From: Carcharhinus longimanus
Taxonomy: Eukaryota
NCBI GenBank assembly: GCA_030264375.1
Contig: JASCQW010000190.1
Location: 95,133,692 to 95,197,691 of the forward strand
Direction of reading: 5' to 3'
Length of the DNA stretch: 64,000 bases
Below the pieces are notes generated by a model that ran no database searches, had not been told where the DNA came from, and saw only the letters and a list, made by a program, of their open reading frames with translations. Below are positions 13,679 to 27,677 of the stretch, piece by piece (position 1 is the stretch's first letter; the number at the start of each line of letters is the position of its first letter). A program made the position numbers and the translations under genes.

Positions 13679-14786
13679 GTTGTTACAATTTTGAGATTTG
13701 TGGGATTATATTTTGGAACTGTAGCTTTAAATTTAGGGTAAATGAAAGGGAAAATTTAGGGTAAAGGAAAGGGGTTATGTGACTGGTTCTACAGTCTGCC
13801 AGGCATAATCTGGGTAGTTTGGATGTAAAAGATCAAAGAAAGGCTTAGATTGTTGAACTGAGAAGAAGGTGTGAGATATTTATGCTTAGAGACAATAGCA
13901 GCAATCTCGTTCACATAGAGTATAGTCTAGAGTATCTCAAAATCCACAAAGCTGTTGAATGCATTGGGTTACTACTCCATAATTATGGTGAGTGCTGATA
14001 GCTTTGATTATTACTCTTATACAAAAACGTTGATTTGTCTGTTAATCTGCCCTTTAATCTGTGGTTTAAAAATAATGTTGTGAATTTTGCAAGACCCTGT
14101 CACAATCCATTAATGCTCTGGACACAGTCATAAGCTAATACCAGTTGTACTACTTGGTGTATCTTGATATATGTCTTGAAACATTAGAAAATGTCCATGT
14201 GCAAAAACGGAACTATTGGGGCACAATGTGATATTTAAATGTTCTCCCTTTCTATGAAATTAATGTGATTATGTCCTTTATGGACAAATGGAATGTTTTA
14301 TAGTCCTTTGTTATAATACTTGATTTTGTTGGTTAAACTTCCTTTTTAATCTTGAAGAATTGTCTCTTCTTGTCTTTGTTTTGTTACACAGCACAAATTC
14401 TTGTGTAGGTTAGTAAGTCAGTGACTTTCCCCCAAATCTTCATGAATGCCAATTTTTAAATTGGCAATCAGAGGTGCTGGGCAATTCCCTGAAGTCACTA
14501 CTGTGCTGATTGTTCTTCTCTGTCAGAGAAAGATCTGGCCTCCCTCAGCACATCCTCGTTTGGCTACAATATGTATGTTACTTTGATCAAAAGCCGGAAA
14601 GGATCCATAGGCCTACAACTCATTAGTGCTACACATTATGACAATATGTTAACAGTCATTTTTGAGACAGTTTGAAAAGGTTAGTCTGCATTTACGAAAT
14701 TGAGCAGCCTTTTCTTAAAGTTGATGGGGCTTATTGACTTTATTGATCCAGTCAGTGGTGTTCTTTGTCTTTTTTTTTGTCTGCAG

Positions 14787-14864
14787 GTGTAGAAGATGCA
14801 TTCAGTTTTACATCAAAAGTAATGACTGTATCTTTTCACAAGTATTCACCTGGATTCTTCCCAG
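14787..14864 (+). CDS. HDAC8: HDAC8 exon 6
   Basis: ctgcag|GT GTA GAA GAT... [25 protein letters not shown](G)|gtaggt. 78 bp. Confidence 0.97.
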
Positions 14865-14954
14865 GTAGGTCTGCTGTCACTTCAGTCCTTCTTCTGGAAT
14901 GCAGTATTGATACAGAATTTTCCCTTTTATGATTTCTTATGGTTATTTCCCAAG

Positions 14955-15063
14955 GGACAGGCGATGTGACAGATATTGGAATGGGAAAAGGAAGGTATTA
15001 TGCTGTGAATGTCCCTTTACAAGATGGCATTCAAGATGAACTGTATTATCAAATATGTGAAAG
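14955..15063 (+). CDS. HDAC8: HDAC8 exon 7
   Basis: cccaag|GG ACA GGC GAT... [35 protein letters not shown](S)|gtagga. 109 bp; preceded by a 90-bp intron. Confidence 0.97.
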
Positions 15064-15936
15064 GTAGGAACTGCTATAAAATTCAGTCAAGTCCTGATTA
15101 ATGCAAAATTACTTTTTTATAAAACGTGCTTGAATTGGGGTTTCCCTATATTTCATCTACAGCATTTAAGTGGGTTTTCTGCCTGTAACTCACCCTACAC
15201 ACAAATGAATTCCTGATACCTTCTGCATTGATGCAGGGCACACATGAACTTTTAGGCTAGACGTCTTCTAGCAAGGGAAGAAGGCTCATAAGGCAATTTC
15301 CTTCAGCTGATATGCAATTTCCAGATAACTATCAGTGTGATTTAGGCAAAGGCAACCTATGACTTCTGAGGTTTTGTCAGTAGATGTTGATTTCTGAACA
15401 GTTGTGTGCTGCACNNNNNNNNNNAAACTGCATTGAAACTGCCCGGTCCCATTCGGTCTGTCATTATTATAGTCAGTTGACAGGGAAGACTTTAAAATGT
15501 TATTAATCTGAGCAGGATTTTAACTTTGTTGCAGAGGTATATAGACAATATACTAACACTGCATGAACCTCTATCCCACTCATTAAGTCTTTATTACTTA
15601 ATCAGTGCAATGGTCAGGATCATTTCAAAGGCAGATCAATCAGATAATTTCTTCATTGACTTGAAATGAGTAGGTTTGTCATTGATTTAGCAAGACAAAA
15701 TAGTTTATAACATCACATAGTATCCTAGCTACTTAGATTCATTATTTCCCTACCTTTGACAAAATTCAGGTCTTGCTCTGGTCTGGAACTAAATCAGCTT
15801 TCTTTTATTCAAGTCCAGCTTTGCTAAAATATGATTGTGAAGACCAAGATATTGAATGATCAATTTTCAGATGTATGATGTGGTGACAGTGCAGGCAGGA
15901 GACTTCCATTGCAAGCACTCCTTTACATCAAAATAT

Positions 15937-16720
15937 TGTTACATCCGGGATGGGAGGAGTGCACGGTTGATTGAGCCCCACCACTTCACAGGTTGTACCA
16001 TTCACATAACTATTTAATTCACTCACCAAGATAGCCAGTCGTTTACCTTTGATATTATTAGACCCAGAATAAAAGAGATTTTAACCAGGCTTCTTTCAAT
16101 AAACTCAATGATTGATTTATTATTAAACAAAACCACTTTTTAAAACAAGTTGCAAGAACTGGTTAACACACAATTTGTAATCTGGCAATGTAACTATCAT
16201 TTCTAAGATAGCACACACACAAACAAAGGACAGATCAATCTTTGGGTTCTCCCCCTCATTTCAGCCTCTCAGATTTCGAAATAGAAACAAGTTCCACTGA
16301 GATGAGAATTGCTACCTGGAAACAGATAAGCCACGCTATCTTTCAGGTATGGCATGGAGACTAGGAGTTAGGTATCTTTGCCCTTCTTGTTTTATTCCCA
16401 ACTGAGATTATAAAAATAAGTTCAAAACATAAAATTAATTTCCAGTAAATCACCAGGGCCTTTATCTTTAAATGTTTGTTTTCTCTCAAGCTGTTTAACT
16501 AATTACAGTTCAAAGAAGCAACTAGCACTCCACCTCAGGTGCCACGCTGGTCATTTCCCTGAAGATATGTGTGATACCTTGGAAAAGGCATGCTTACTTA
16601 CAGCCCAAGCTGAATTTACGACCATTTAAAAAAAAGTTCCAGGTCAGCTCACAAGTAAAATGAAGCAATCTTTCCAAGTTTAAAAAAAAAAGTTCTTGAA
16701 GATGTGGTTTCCCAATAATG
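15937..16720. mobile_element. Possible solo-LTR-like remnant
   Basis: Abrupt TGTTACA start and LTR-like composition; similar TGT-starting blocks at ~5185 and ~13680. No coding support. Confidence 0.3.
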
Positions 16721-19700
16721 AAGCTTGGTGAGGGGTGGGACCTAGTGCCTGTGACTGAATTTTACCACCCCTCCAGGAGCAGGCTGGGAAGCATGTGAAA
16801 TGGCGAGGAAAGGCCAGGGGTGAAGAGACCATTGTCTTCCTGCACCAAACCATTTCATATGGCTAGCTGGAGGATAGTAATTGTACCNNNNNNNTAATTA
16901 AGCCAGTCATATGGCACATTAAGGGTCTTTTCCAGCCACCACTGGAATTTTGCCAATGGCTAGTGTGTATTTTAACCATGTGGAGAAACAACATTGTGTG
17001 CCTTGACAGTCTCCTTGTGAGCTTGGTGGGTGGGGAAGGATACATCTTTTGGTGCACTGTGACCCATGGGGTGGTGTCCCCTATCCCCAGCGGTACTGCC
17101 TGTCGTGCGGCAACCATACATCACTTCCCCAACACCTTACCAAGTTGCCTGATTGACCTTGAGGCCCCCCCAGAGCCCACTTAACCTGGTTGGGAGGAGC
17201 AATGCTTCCATGGCATCCTCTGCTTCCAAATGCAGTTACAGTAGTAGTCAGCAGTCCTAGTACTGACAACTACTGCGCTGTTGACCTCCCGATTGGCCAG
17301 CAGCTCCTAGGGGCTTGGGCAGGGATGGAAGCTGCAGTGGCAATTAATTTGTTGCCTGACCCCTGTTGAACGCAACTGGTGTGTCTCAAAGGCTAAGGTG
17401 AGATCACTGCCAGTTTTCCGGACTGTCACTGGGACCCCCACTATGACGACAAAGCTCAGCCCAACTTGCATGTGACATGTTGGAACCAAAAAGACATTCG
17501 TTAGCGAACACTGTTTCTGATGGTCTCAGCACAAGTTGAGCATACTGATTATTATGCACTACGTGGATGGATCCATTACCTACAATACCATTGCTCATTC
17601 CTTATCGTTGTACAGCCACTCTTTTTATAAGTGTTTTGATCCTGATATTGTGGGAGCTCCATAGGCTGACGGGAAAATTCCAGTTGGCCTTTGATCGATG
17701 TCCTTAATTGGCCTTTCAGTTACCTGATCAAACCATCTGCCACTTATCTTCCTGAAAGTGGGGATGGGAAGATGGCTGGCAGCATGAAATTAAGAACTCA
17801 TCTGCTTGAGTTCTCACCCCATTGGCCTCCAAATATGCTCTCCCTCATATCTGAAATATATATCAAGAAATTCCACCAAAATGTTGCATGCAATTTCAAC
17901 CAAAATTTAGCTTTTTAACAATATTTTCCCCCTTCCTTCTCTTTGGATCTTTCTCTAGGTTACACCAAATCCAATAGTGAACTAGCAACTTTTTCACAGG
18001 GCTTTACTGTGTACCGGCTGGATTTTTAAAAATTCATTCGTGGGGCATGGGCTTAGCTGGCTGGCCAGCATTTAGTGCCCATCCCAGTTATCCTTGAGAA
18101 GGTGGTGGTGAGCTGCCATCTTGAATTGCTGCAGTGCATGTGCTGTGGATTGACCTACAATGCCATTAGGGAGGGACTTCCAGGATTTTGATCCAGTGAC
18201 TGTGAAGAAATGGCGATATATTTCCAAGTCAATCCGAGGAGGATGCTAAACAGAGTGCTTTGCTCTCACACTTTGACACTTTTCCTTCCAAATGTAGAAA
18301 CTGTTTAACTTCTGCTTTGTAAATATTATTGGCAGAGTTGCGATCAGGAACTTGCTAAATGGGCACAAGAGTGTCCTGCCACTTAATGACATGGTATGCT
18401 GATGCACCAACAGTTAGTTGGTTTTTCCAATATTCAAATTCCACAAGGCAATTGTTTTTCTTCATTATCAAGTCTTGGTGAGTTAATTGGTGTTTCAAAT
18501 TCCAATCAACACTCTGCAAATGATTATCAAGATCTGACTGTGTTGCAGACAATGTCAAACCTCCAGCTGAAACTATTTCTTGTTTGTCATAGTAAAGCAA
18601 ATGTACTAACCAAAAGCCCAGCACAAATAAACCAAATTGCTTTTTTTCATGTCAGTTTGTGGGATACAGATGTGTTCCATGGTATGTGACCTATATATAA
18701 CTTGAAACATCACTGCTCAGAATTTGTGGCTGGAATGAATTATTGAATATTTTCTACACCCTTGCAAACTAATATCCTGTATCAATCATTTATTTATAAA
18801 ACTGGAAATTTCAGACAACAGAATTGAGAATTCTTCTGCAAAATCTATATTGATGTTTCATTGTTAACTGTGTCCTCATATAATTTTTAGTTGTCAATGT
18901 CTTACAGTTTCAAATAGTTAAGCCTCTGATGTAATTCTAAAATGTTGACAATTTATCAATGGCAACCAAAATCTACAAGGTGGACTTTGACTGAGTCATA
19001 CCTGTTTCTGGGCATGACAAGGCCTCTTACCATTTCAAGGTGGCACTTGAATGCAGATGTATGCTTCTGAGGTAGTCAGGGCACATGACATCTGCCTGAA
19101 TTATGCAGACGAGGAAGGATCATGATGTTAAATGGCATTATGGAACTCCATGCTCCAGCTGATGGCCTCTTTTAACCTCACACTGCTGAATATGAAGTAT
19201 AAGATTAATTCCCTCCCAGCCTTAAACTGCAACCTTCTTAGTTTATTGAACACACTTCTGTTACTTTTCATAGTTGTTTCAAGTGTTAGATGTCTACACG
19301 GTGTTCTGTGGCAGATAGTGAAGTACTTGCTGACTTCGGTGCTGGATTTTACAGTTCCTCCCAGGTTGGTAGGTGGGATGGGACTGAAAAATAGGTACCA
19401 TGCCATTGATACCATGCCTGGCACCTACCTGTTCATAACACTGGAATTTCACTCATGGTGGGGGAGGCATTGGGAGTAGAGTTACCAGCTGTGATTAAAT
19501 GTGTTCTTGGGTGTTTCATCACATGATTTGCCACCACACTCCAGCCATTAGTTGGCCAGCACATCCATCTCAGTTACACACTGCTTTCCTATATCAACTG
19601 GAAAAAAAAGACTCATTACCCAGTTGTATAAAGCCTGACTGTCAGCAAAATACCTTTTTTCAATATTTTTGTATCTGGTGAAGAGAAGTTCTAAGAAAAT

Positions 19701-22700
19701 GACAAAAATAATGTCATGATGATTTTTCTCCAGGGCTGCACACAGCAGTATCCTGATGATTGATCTTCAATTACTGGGGACTCAATCCCAGAAGATGGGC
19801 ATTCCCAGTCAGGAAACTCACCTGCCCAATCATTTGAAGCCCTTGAATGGCCAGTTAAAGCTGACTTGAGGACCTTCCCCTGCTGTCTCTGAGATTTTAT
19901 CTGCAGTGGTGGGAGGCATAAACAAAGCATCCAGGCTGACGTGTTTCACTGGGCCAGATTGGTGACCAGTTGGATTGGAGGGGTGGGGGCATATCTGTGC
20001 CCTCTGCCCTCTGTGTCAATTGAGGATTCTGAGAGTAGCAGCTTGTGGAGGTGGAGCTTCCTCCTCAAGGGGAAATTACAAAATTCGCAATATTATTTGG
20101 CAGTCTTTTTTTTTACTTCAGTGGAGACATTGACCATCTGTGGCCCAACCTGCAACATACAGAACACGTGAAAAATCCTGATAAGATGCTATCTGAATTA
20201 AATCATTCTAGTGCAACAGGAGTCAGAATGTTGAATTCCTTCATTGGATTTCAGAGGATTATAAATATCAAATATCCCGATGTGACTAAGAATTTGATAC
20301 TAAACTAAATGAAATTTCATCTACAATCCATCTCCAGAATTCTATCACAGAGAGCTTGGGTTTGAATCCCAATGTAAGTTGATATCTCGTACACTACAAA
20401 TTGAAGACAAAGAAATCATTTTAGTTATAGTTGATGTTTCACAATATTAACTCTGTTGCTGAGAGTACCAAAAACCCAGCAAATTTGTACTGGGATGTCA
20501 ACATGTGTGAGTGGAGCACTTGTGCAACAGAAAATACTTCATAACAGCTGATGATCTGCTGAGGCAATGACTGGGGCAACCCTCTTGAAACTTGAGGCTG
20601 CAATGCAAACTGAAAAGATAAATTGCCACAAGGAGAAGTAGAGTGGAAAAGTACGTCTTGTTACTTTGAGTAATGCATTAGACATTAACAAATTAAATCA
20701 CAGATCATTGCCATGTCTGTATATGGTGGATGAGTTGTCTCAGCTATGATATGATTTTTTAAATGCAGAGCAGAGGCCAGGGACAGCCACAGATGGAGTA
20801 AGGATTCATCTCCCATGTCAACCAGTGGTCTGTTTAAGTGACATTAATGGCGACTATGGATGGTGTATAAAATGGTGGGACCAAGTAACAGAATTAATTT
20901 TAAAGTGACAGTGTTATCCTCACCAATCGAGAAAAGTAAGCAGTATTTCCAACATATTTTGTCCCACACCCAGAGTCTTGGAATGTACAGATAAAACTCA
21001 AGGTGCATTTTGCAATCAGTTCCATCCAACAAATGAACATAAACTGAGCATAAGCAATTAAAAAACATTACAGAAATCTGTAATGCTAAATCTCCGATAA
21101 TTAGTGCCGAGTCAAATATTGGGACAGGATTTTTCATCGGCATGGCAGGAAAGTTCATATGATTCAAAATAAAATAACAAGTTACAACAATTAACCAAAA
21201 ATACAAAGTCTGAGTTTGCATATTCCATTATCTGTGATCACAACTGTGTGCAGCATGCAGATTTGTGAAGGCAGAAATCTTTGAATTGAGCAAAGAAAGT
21301 GCTGAGTAGATTGAAAGATAGTGAGGTTAAAGTTTAAGGGTGCAGAAAGAACACTTGGCCTCTTCCCAGATGGTACTTGATGCTTTTCTTTATTCCATTT
21401 AAAAAAAGTTTTCTAAGGACTTTTCAGTATCTGTTCAGAGTTGCCTGTGCTTTACAATTTAGTTTGTGGGACCCTCAAGCTGTGGAATTACGCACAAGAC
21501 TGATTCTCCCCTATCTCCCAACTTGATCTCTCAATATCGCATGTTTTTGTTTTCAAAATTATTTCTGTCAGCTGGTGAAAAGTAAAATAACACATCATTG
21601 CAGAAAGTACATCACTTTAGTCTTTTGTAACAGAATGCCATTCTGCTGATTGTACAAATTTATAGAAAAATGCGATGAGAGGCAGTAACTTAACCTTTGT
21701 TATCCTCTGGGATTATCTCTGAAATCCTCATATGAGATTTTAACCTATCAAAATCCATTCACTCTAAGTAGAAAATTTTGATTTAATACTTGGGTGACTT
21801 AGGTGGCAATATGTTGTTAACCTCCAGCAGTATTCAATATTGTTAGACTTCTGGGAGTAATGTCTATCTCCAATACTGCCACTGTGTCCTCCTTGGGTAT
21901 TTCACCATTATACTGTTGCTGACGAGTGAAATAGAGGTCTTCCTTTTGATGTTTCTCAATATTTCTTTGTAACCGAATGCTAGGAAATAAATCAGAATAC
22001 TAAGGAATAACTGGTCCCAGTTTTATCCTCCTTCCCTAGCCTAAGACAGACTCCCATCATAAAACGGAGTGAATACGTGGATCATTCATTCCGTTGCCAA
22101 TCAACAACAGGAATCTATTCTGAAAATCAAATTTAATTGTAGAATCTAACAATAGTTTTAACTATATTTGCTTGGGGAGAGGGTAATATTTTTGTTAAAT
22201 GATCAATGTTAATATTGTCATCAAGTAAGCTGGGTTAGAGGAATTACCGCATCAAATTAAAATGGTGTAATATGATTAATCTGCCTCCCTGCTTTAATTG
22301 CATTCCATTGCATTGCCATTCTAACATTGGATTGAATTTTGTTGGACTAGTCCTACCAGCTGGCTGGAAAGCTGGAAGCAACCGTACTTCAAAGTTTTTG
22401 GGAGCCCTGACCTAATTGTGCAGGCAGGCAATTAATTGCCTGGAGTTGCAGTTCCTGACCTTGAAATATACAATATCTCACCAAGAGCTGCTGACAAATT
22501 GGAGGCCAGACAGCTCTTCACACTCAGTGGTTCCGCAGACAGCATTGGCAAATCCTGAAACTGCACCCAGCCCAGAGAAAATTCATAGATGCTGTCCTCG
22601 GATTGAGGTAAATGGGGTCACTGGAGATAGTTCAGAAGGTTCTGGCAAGATGGGTGGATATTCAACAGAGATGGCCTTGTTGCTGGGGAGGATTGCCCGA

Positions 22701-24261
22701 TCATAATAGCCTCTCTGCAGGGAAGCTGCTAGTTTTTATTGGATGGTTGTCCCACATGGTAGAGGCCTTCTCTGTATTCCCCTCCTCCGCCATTTGATAT
22801 CATGCCAGCAGTGAAGGAAAGATGCCTTTCAGGGTCTCAGTTGACTTCTGGGCAGGAACACTGTCCTTAACCCTGCAGCTGAGAGGATTCCAAGGCATTG
22901 GGAAAGCAGAGGATGCCTTCTCTGACCACGCTGCCTCCCAACCTGCACCTAAGGTCCTTGTTAAATTCCTTTCAGTGTGTTTGCATGTTTTATCAGTCAG
23001 TCTTGCTNNNNNNNNNNCTGGGATCATGCACTTTTCAAAGATCTCAACTTATGGTAATCCAGTTTTCCTGCATTTCTCAGCCAGAACCCTGTGTAGTTGA
23101 CTGAATCTGTATTGATCTTAGTTCAGTTGCCTTGAGCTGTCAGACACAGTAATTATTTGCACTACTACCCTATGCTAATGACTTTGGTTTTTCTAATTTA
23201 ACTGTCTTACGCTGTCAGCACAGGTAATTGCTTCACTTATTATGGTGCCGTTCAAGAATATGATGTGCACAATCAACAGAGCCTTCAAAAATATTTTGGT
23301 TAATAGGATTTTCTGTTGACCAGACTGGTTCTTGCAGAATTTGAGTTGGTTATTGGGAATATTTAGGGTTAAACCTAAAAGATCGTTTAGCTTTTGTTTT
23401 GAATTCGAAGAGCAATTGCTCCAAGAAGAGAATTCCTAACGAGAGATGTGTTGTGCTTATGTAATACTGTTTTAATTATAGTTGTGTAATGTTAATCTTG
23501 GAGATCCTTTACAAACAATATTTATGATGAAAAGATTATGTGGAAGCTGTAAGCCATTAGTTGTCACAGGAAGAATAGCATTGGTATTAAGGGGGACCAT
23601 GGTAACTCACTCCAGGTGCCAGCCAGGGATGGTAAGTTTATTCCAGTTAACTATTTAAAGACAAAAATCTAACTCTCTAAAGCAGACATAAACTTTTAAC
23701 TTTGATTTTATTTAATTTCTATATATTTATTCATTGTGCAAATTTAAGAATACTGGTTTTGTGAAGATGTTTTTCTGTATTGGATAATTTAGCCGTGAAC
23801 AGATTTTTGGATTAATAAGGTGTACATGCAGCTATGTGATCAGGCAGTTAAACATTGAATTTTTTTTATGGAAGTTAATTTCCCTGAAGGAAATGGCATG
23901 AGGGATAAAATCAGGTGGAAGATCATCTTAGCGTACTCTCATCAAATTTCCTATTAGTGAATTCAAAACCAGGTTTTCACACCTTTCGCTTGATCGCACT
24001 ATATGAATTCTGTTCTATGAAGGATGGCAAATCTTGGATAAGTTGAGAGTCAATGAAGCATAGTTCTAGTATTAGACTGGCCTATTTTTTGCATTTTTGG
24101 ATAGTGGGCATTGCTGACAAGATCAACATTTATTGCCCGTTCCTATTTGGGAATAGGATTGATGATGAGAAAACTATTGATTACAGTCATCCTGCATTGC
24201 CACATATAGCAAATGTCTGTTATCCAATAATATCTGTTCCCTTATTTTGTTTCCTCATTAG

Positions 24262-24434
24262 TGTGTTAAAAGAGGTATATGCATCATTCAATCCTGAAGC
24301 AGTGGTCTGCCAGCTCGGAGCAGATACTATTGCCGGAGACCCAATGTGCTCCTTTAATATGACACCAGTGGGAGTGGGAAAGTGCCTGCGTTACATTCTG
24401 AACTGGGAATTGCCAACTTTGATCTTGGGAGGAG
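24262..24434 (+). CDS. HDAC8: HDAC8 exon 8
   Basis: cattag|T GTG TTA AAA GAG... [57 protein letters not shown](G)|gtgagt. 173 bp, lies within ORF 24053..24469; GAD Zn ligand (D267 equivalent). Confidence 0.97.
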
Positions 24435-25388
24435 GTGAGTCCATCTGTCTTTTGTTGCAACATGTTTAATAGTTGCAGAGGTGATTGAAAATTGCAAATA
24501 GAAAAGTAACCAGTTCACTGATAAGTTGCAATGTCGACCATAAGGAGGAGTCTATTGCTGTAAAATGCACTTTTCAAAGTGTATTTTATAAAATAGAACT
24601 CTTTAGTAATTGTGCAGATACATACATCATATAGTGTGGTATGCAAGCAAACTGGCCAGGAAGGCCCGGGATCTACCCCAGGCCTGCGCAGAATGAACAC
24701 ATTTTAGCTGAAATGAAAGTGGAAGTTCTGCAAATTCCGTCACTATCCTTGAGTTGGCCAGTAAAGCATCTTGGGTTACCACTCCTTATTTATAACAGTG
24801 ATTTGTCTAGAAGTCTGTGTGTTAAATTCAGGGAGGATTTGAATTCATCAATGATGCAATCACAGTTAAATAAGTGAGAGATTGTATAGAACGTGGGATT
24901 TGAGTTCAAATCAATCCCAGACTGATGGAATTAAACCTCTGTTTGCTGTAAGCATCCTGTACAAAATAAATTTGGAGCAGTTTTAGCTCAGATTATAATA
25001 GACATGTTCTTAAAGTACTGGGCCTGGGTAATATACTGTGTCAGTTGGCACAGATGTGATAAGCCGAATGGCCTCCATCTGCAGTGATTCTGTTATGTTC
25101 TAGGCCATGATCTGGGGTTCTAATGAGGCTGTCAATAACGTTAGTCACATTATTGTGGAAGATTTAAAAAGGTACAGATACTCCACGTACTGTGAATTAA
25201 ATGCATTGATCAACTCAGAAAAACTGTTATTGGATAATAGAGGAAGAAAGAAATATGAAATAATTGGAAATCTCCACAAGCCATTAGGCACCATGACTTC
25301 AACCAACTTTTAAAATGTAAAGGTGGAAGGATTTTATTAAGGTCAGACAGTAACAGATAACATTGTCACTGAGCCTTCTACCAAATAA

Positions 25389-25571
<183 letters not shown>

Positions 25572-26350
25572 TAATCAAACCTGGGACTTTTACTCTGAAT
25601 ACAGTTTTGTAGTCAAATGACAGCACAACAATAATGCACTGTCTCTTCATTTCCCCCAGAATGATGGGCTTGTTCTGGCTGAAGTAAGCTACAACTGTTT
25701 GATTCATAAACGAAGCATTTCGCCCTTCTTTAATCATTACTGAGAGGCCTCTCTGGGCATCCTGCTACCATTAGATTTTGAATTTTTTTTGGATATGGAT
25801 AGTATTGTGCTGATTGTATAATTCTTTTCAAACATTTATGTATTTGCTGTTATACAAATACATTGATTCTATAAAAATATAATGTTTTGCTTATCATACA
25901 AGTTCCTTTTGTTTTACCTGAATGACTGTTGCGTAGTGTACTGAACAGGGCTACTTATTGTGCAGAGCAAAAAGACTTAATTGCATGGATTGTAAGGGAC
26001 AGATTACCGGGGGTAGAGTTGTAAGTGACCCCAGTACCATAGTTGGACACTCACAACTCATGATCTTGTATGCATTGACATTAGAGAAAATTATACCTTC
26101 CATCAATGTGGTAAATCTGGTCCAGTTGCATAATGTTTTTAATACAGTTGTTTAATTGTTCCTGCACTAAATGAACTTTCTGCCAATGCTCTGACCCACC
26201 TTTCAGCTATATATGAGTAGAGTTGTAGATCTTATGCTTTCATCAATATGAAAGATCATCCTGCCAACAACCACCTAAGTGTAGGATTGAAGATCATGTT
26301 TCAGGTTTCAAATACTGGGCCTAAGTATTTAGAAGGTGGAATTTAATCAA

Positions 26351-26670
26351 GGGCAGCATTGTGGCACAGTAGTTACCACTGCTGCCTCAACACCAGGGAC
26401 CTGGGTTTGATTCCAGTCTTGTGCGATTGTCTGTGTGGAGTTTGCACTTTCTCCCTTTGTGCTCTGGTTTCTTCCCATGGTACAAAGATGTGCAGGTTAG
26501 GTGGATTGGCCATGCTAAATTGTATCAAGGTGTGCAGGTTAGGGGGATTAGTGACGTAAATGTGTGGAGTTACGGGAATAGAGAAGGAGTTGGGCCTGAG
26601 TAAGATGCTGTGTCAGGAATCGGTTCAGACTTGATGGGCTGAAAGGCCTCCTTCTGCACTGTAGGGATTC
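26351..26670 (+). mobile_element. tRNA-derived SINE, HE1-like
   Basis: A box tggcacagtagtta and B box gggtttgattcc, ctgtgtggagtttgcac core, CR1-like tail ggcctccttctgcactgtagggattc. Confidence 0.88.
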
Positions 26671-27069
26671 CAGGACATTATGAAGTCCAGAATGGTGAAG
26701 ATTGGAGTCAGCCTTCCTGCTTCTCAGCCAATTGAGGCCAATTTAGGGCCACTCCGACTGCCACAGGGCATCTACTAAGAGCAAGGGGACTTGGTACCCC
26801 AAGTAGGCATACCTGACAGCCTGCCTGTGGGCTCAGAGATGAGGGTCCCTCTCGATTGGGCACACTGAGCCTCCTGGAGGGTTCTTCCAGTGGCAAGGGC
26901 TGTCCCTCTATAAAAGCACATCTGCGCTACACAACAATCTCACACTACAGTGGCAAGCAACTTTCTCTTCCAGGCCCCTAGTGAATGATTCTGGTCTAGG
27001 ACCTGCCAGAGACTCAGGAGTGACCACTGTTTTTGGCGGCACTGCTGGGACTGAAGAGATTTAGATTTA

Positions 27070-27378
27070 GAATCCCTATATGAGACCATTCAGCCCATCA
27101 TGTGTACCGTCAACAATCCGACCCAGACCCTGTTCCCATAACTCCACGTGTTTATCCTGCCAATCCCACTGACACTAAGGGGCAATTCAGCATGCCTAAT
27201 TCAACCTAACCTGCATATCTTTAGACTGTGGGAGGAAACCAGAACACCCAGAGGAAGCCCACGCAGACACAGGGAAAACGTGCAAACTCCACAGAGACAG
27301 TCATCCGAGACCAGAATTGAACCTGGGTCCCTGGCGCTGTGAAGTAGCAGTGCTAACCACTATGCACTGTGCCGCCCA
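27070..27378 (-). mobile_element. tRNA-derived SINE, HE1-like
   Basis: Reverse complement of the same consensus (gtgcaaactccacagagacagtca; gtgctaaccac). Confidence 0.88.
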
Positions 27379-27477
27379 GCATGTTATGCTAACATGATAT
27401 AGAATTAGATTGAGGCTGGAGGGAGTGTAAGATTCATCATGCCAGTCACTTAAAAATGTGAGATAGAACAACCTAGA

Positions 27478-27677
27478 GTAAAAGCAAAATACTGTGGGTG
27501 CTGGAAATCTAAAATAAAAACAGAAAATGCTGGATAAATTCAGCAGGTCTGGCAACATCAGTATATTGAGAGAGAGAAACAGAGTCCATATGACTAGACT
27601 CAAAACATTAATTTTGTTTCTCTCTCCGTAGATGCTGCCAGATCTGCTGACTCTATACAGCATTTTCTGTATTTAGA
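27478..27677. mobile_element. Short palindromic non-autonomous element (MITE-like or Penelope-derived)
   Basis: cagaaaatgctg...cagcaggtctggca...gagagagaaacag mirrored by ttgtttctctctcc...tgccagatctgctga...cagcattttctg. Partial relatives at ~30955-31015, ~48600-48705 and ~53352-53480. Confidence 0.7.

Noticed and set aside
24053-24469. 138-aa ORF as a standalone gene
   Set aside because: Only 24262-24434 is HDAC8 exon 8; the rest is open intron sequence.
26351-26420. tRNA genes at SINE heads
   Set aside because: A/B boxes are present, but they continue into SINE core and LINE-like tails with no complete cloverleaf.
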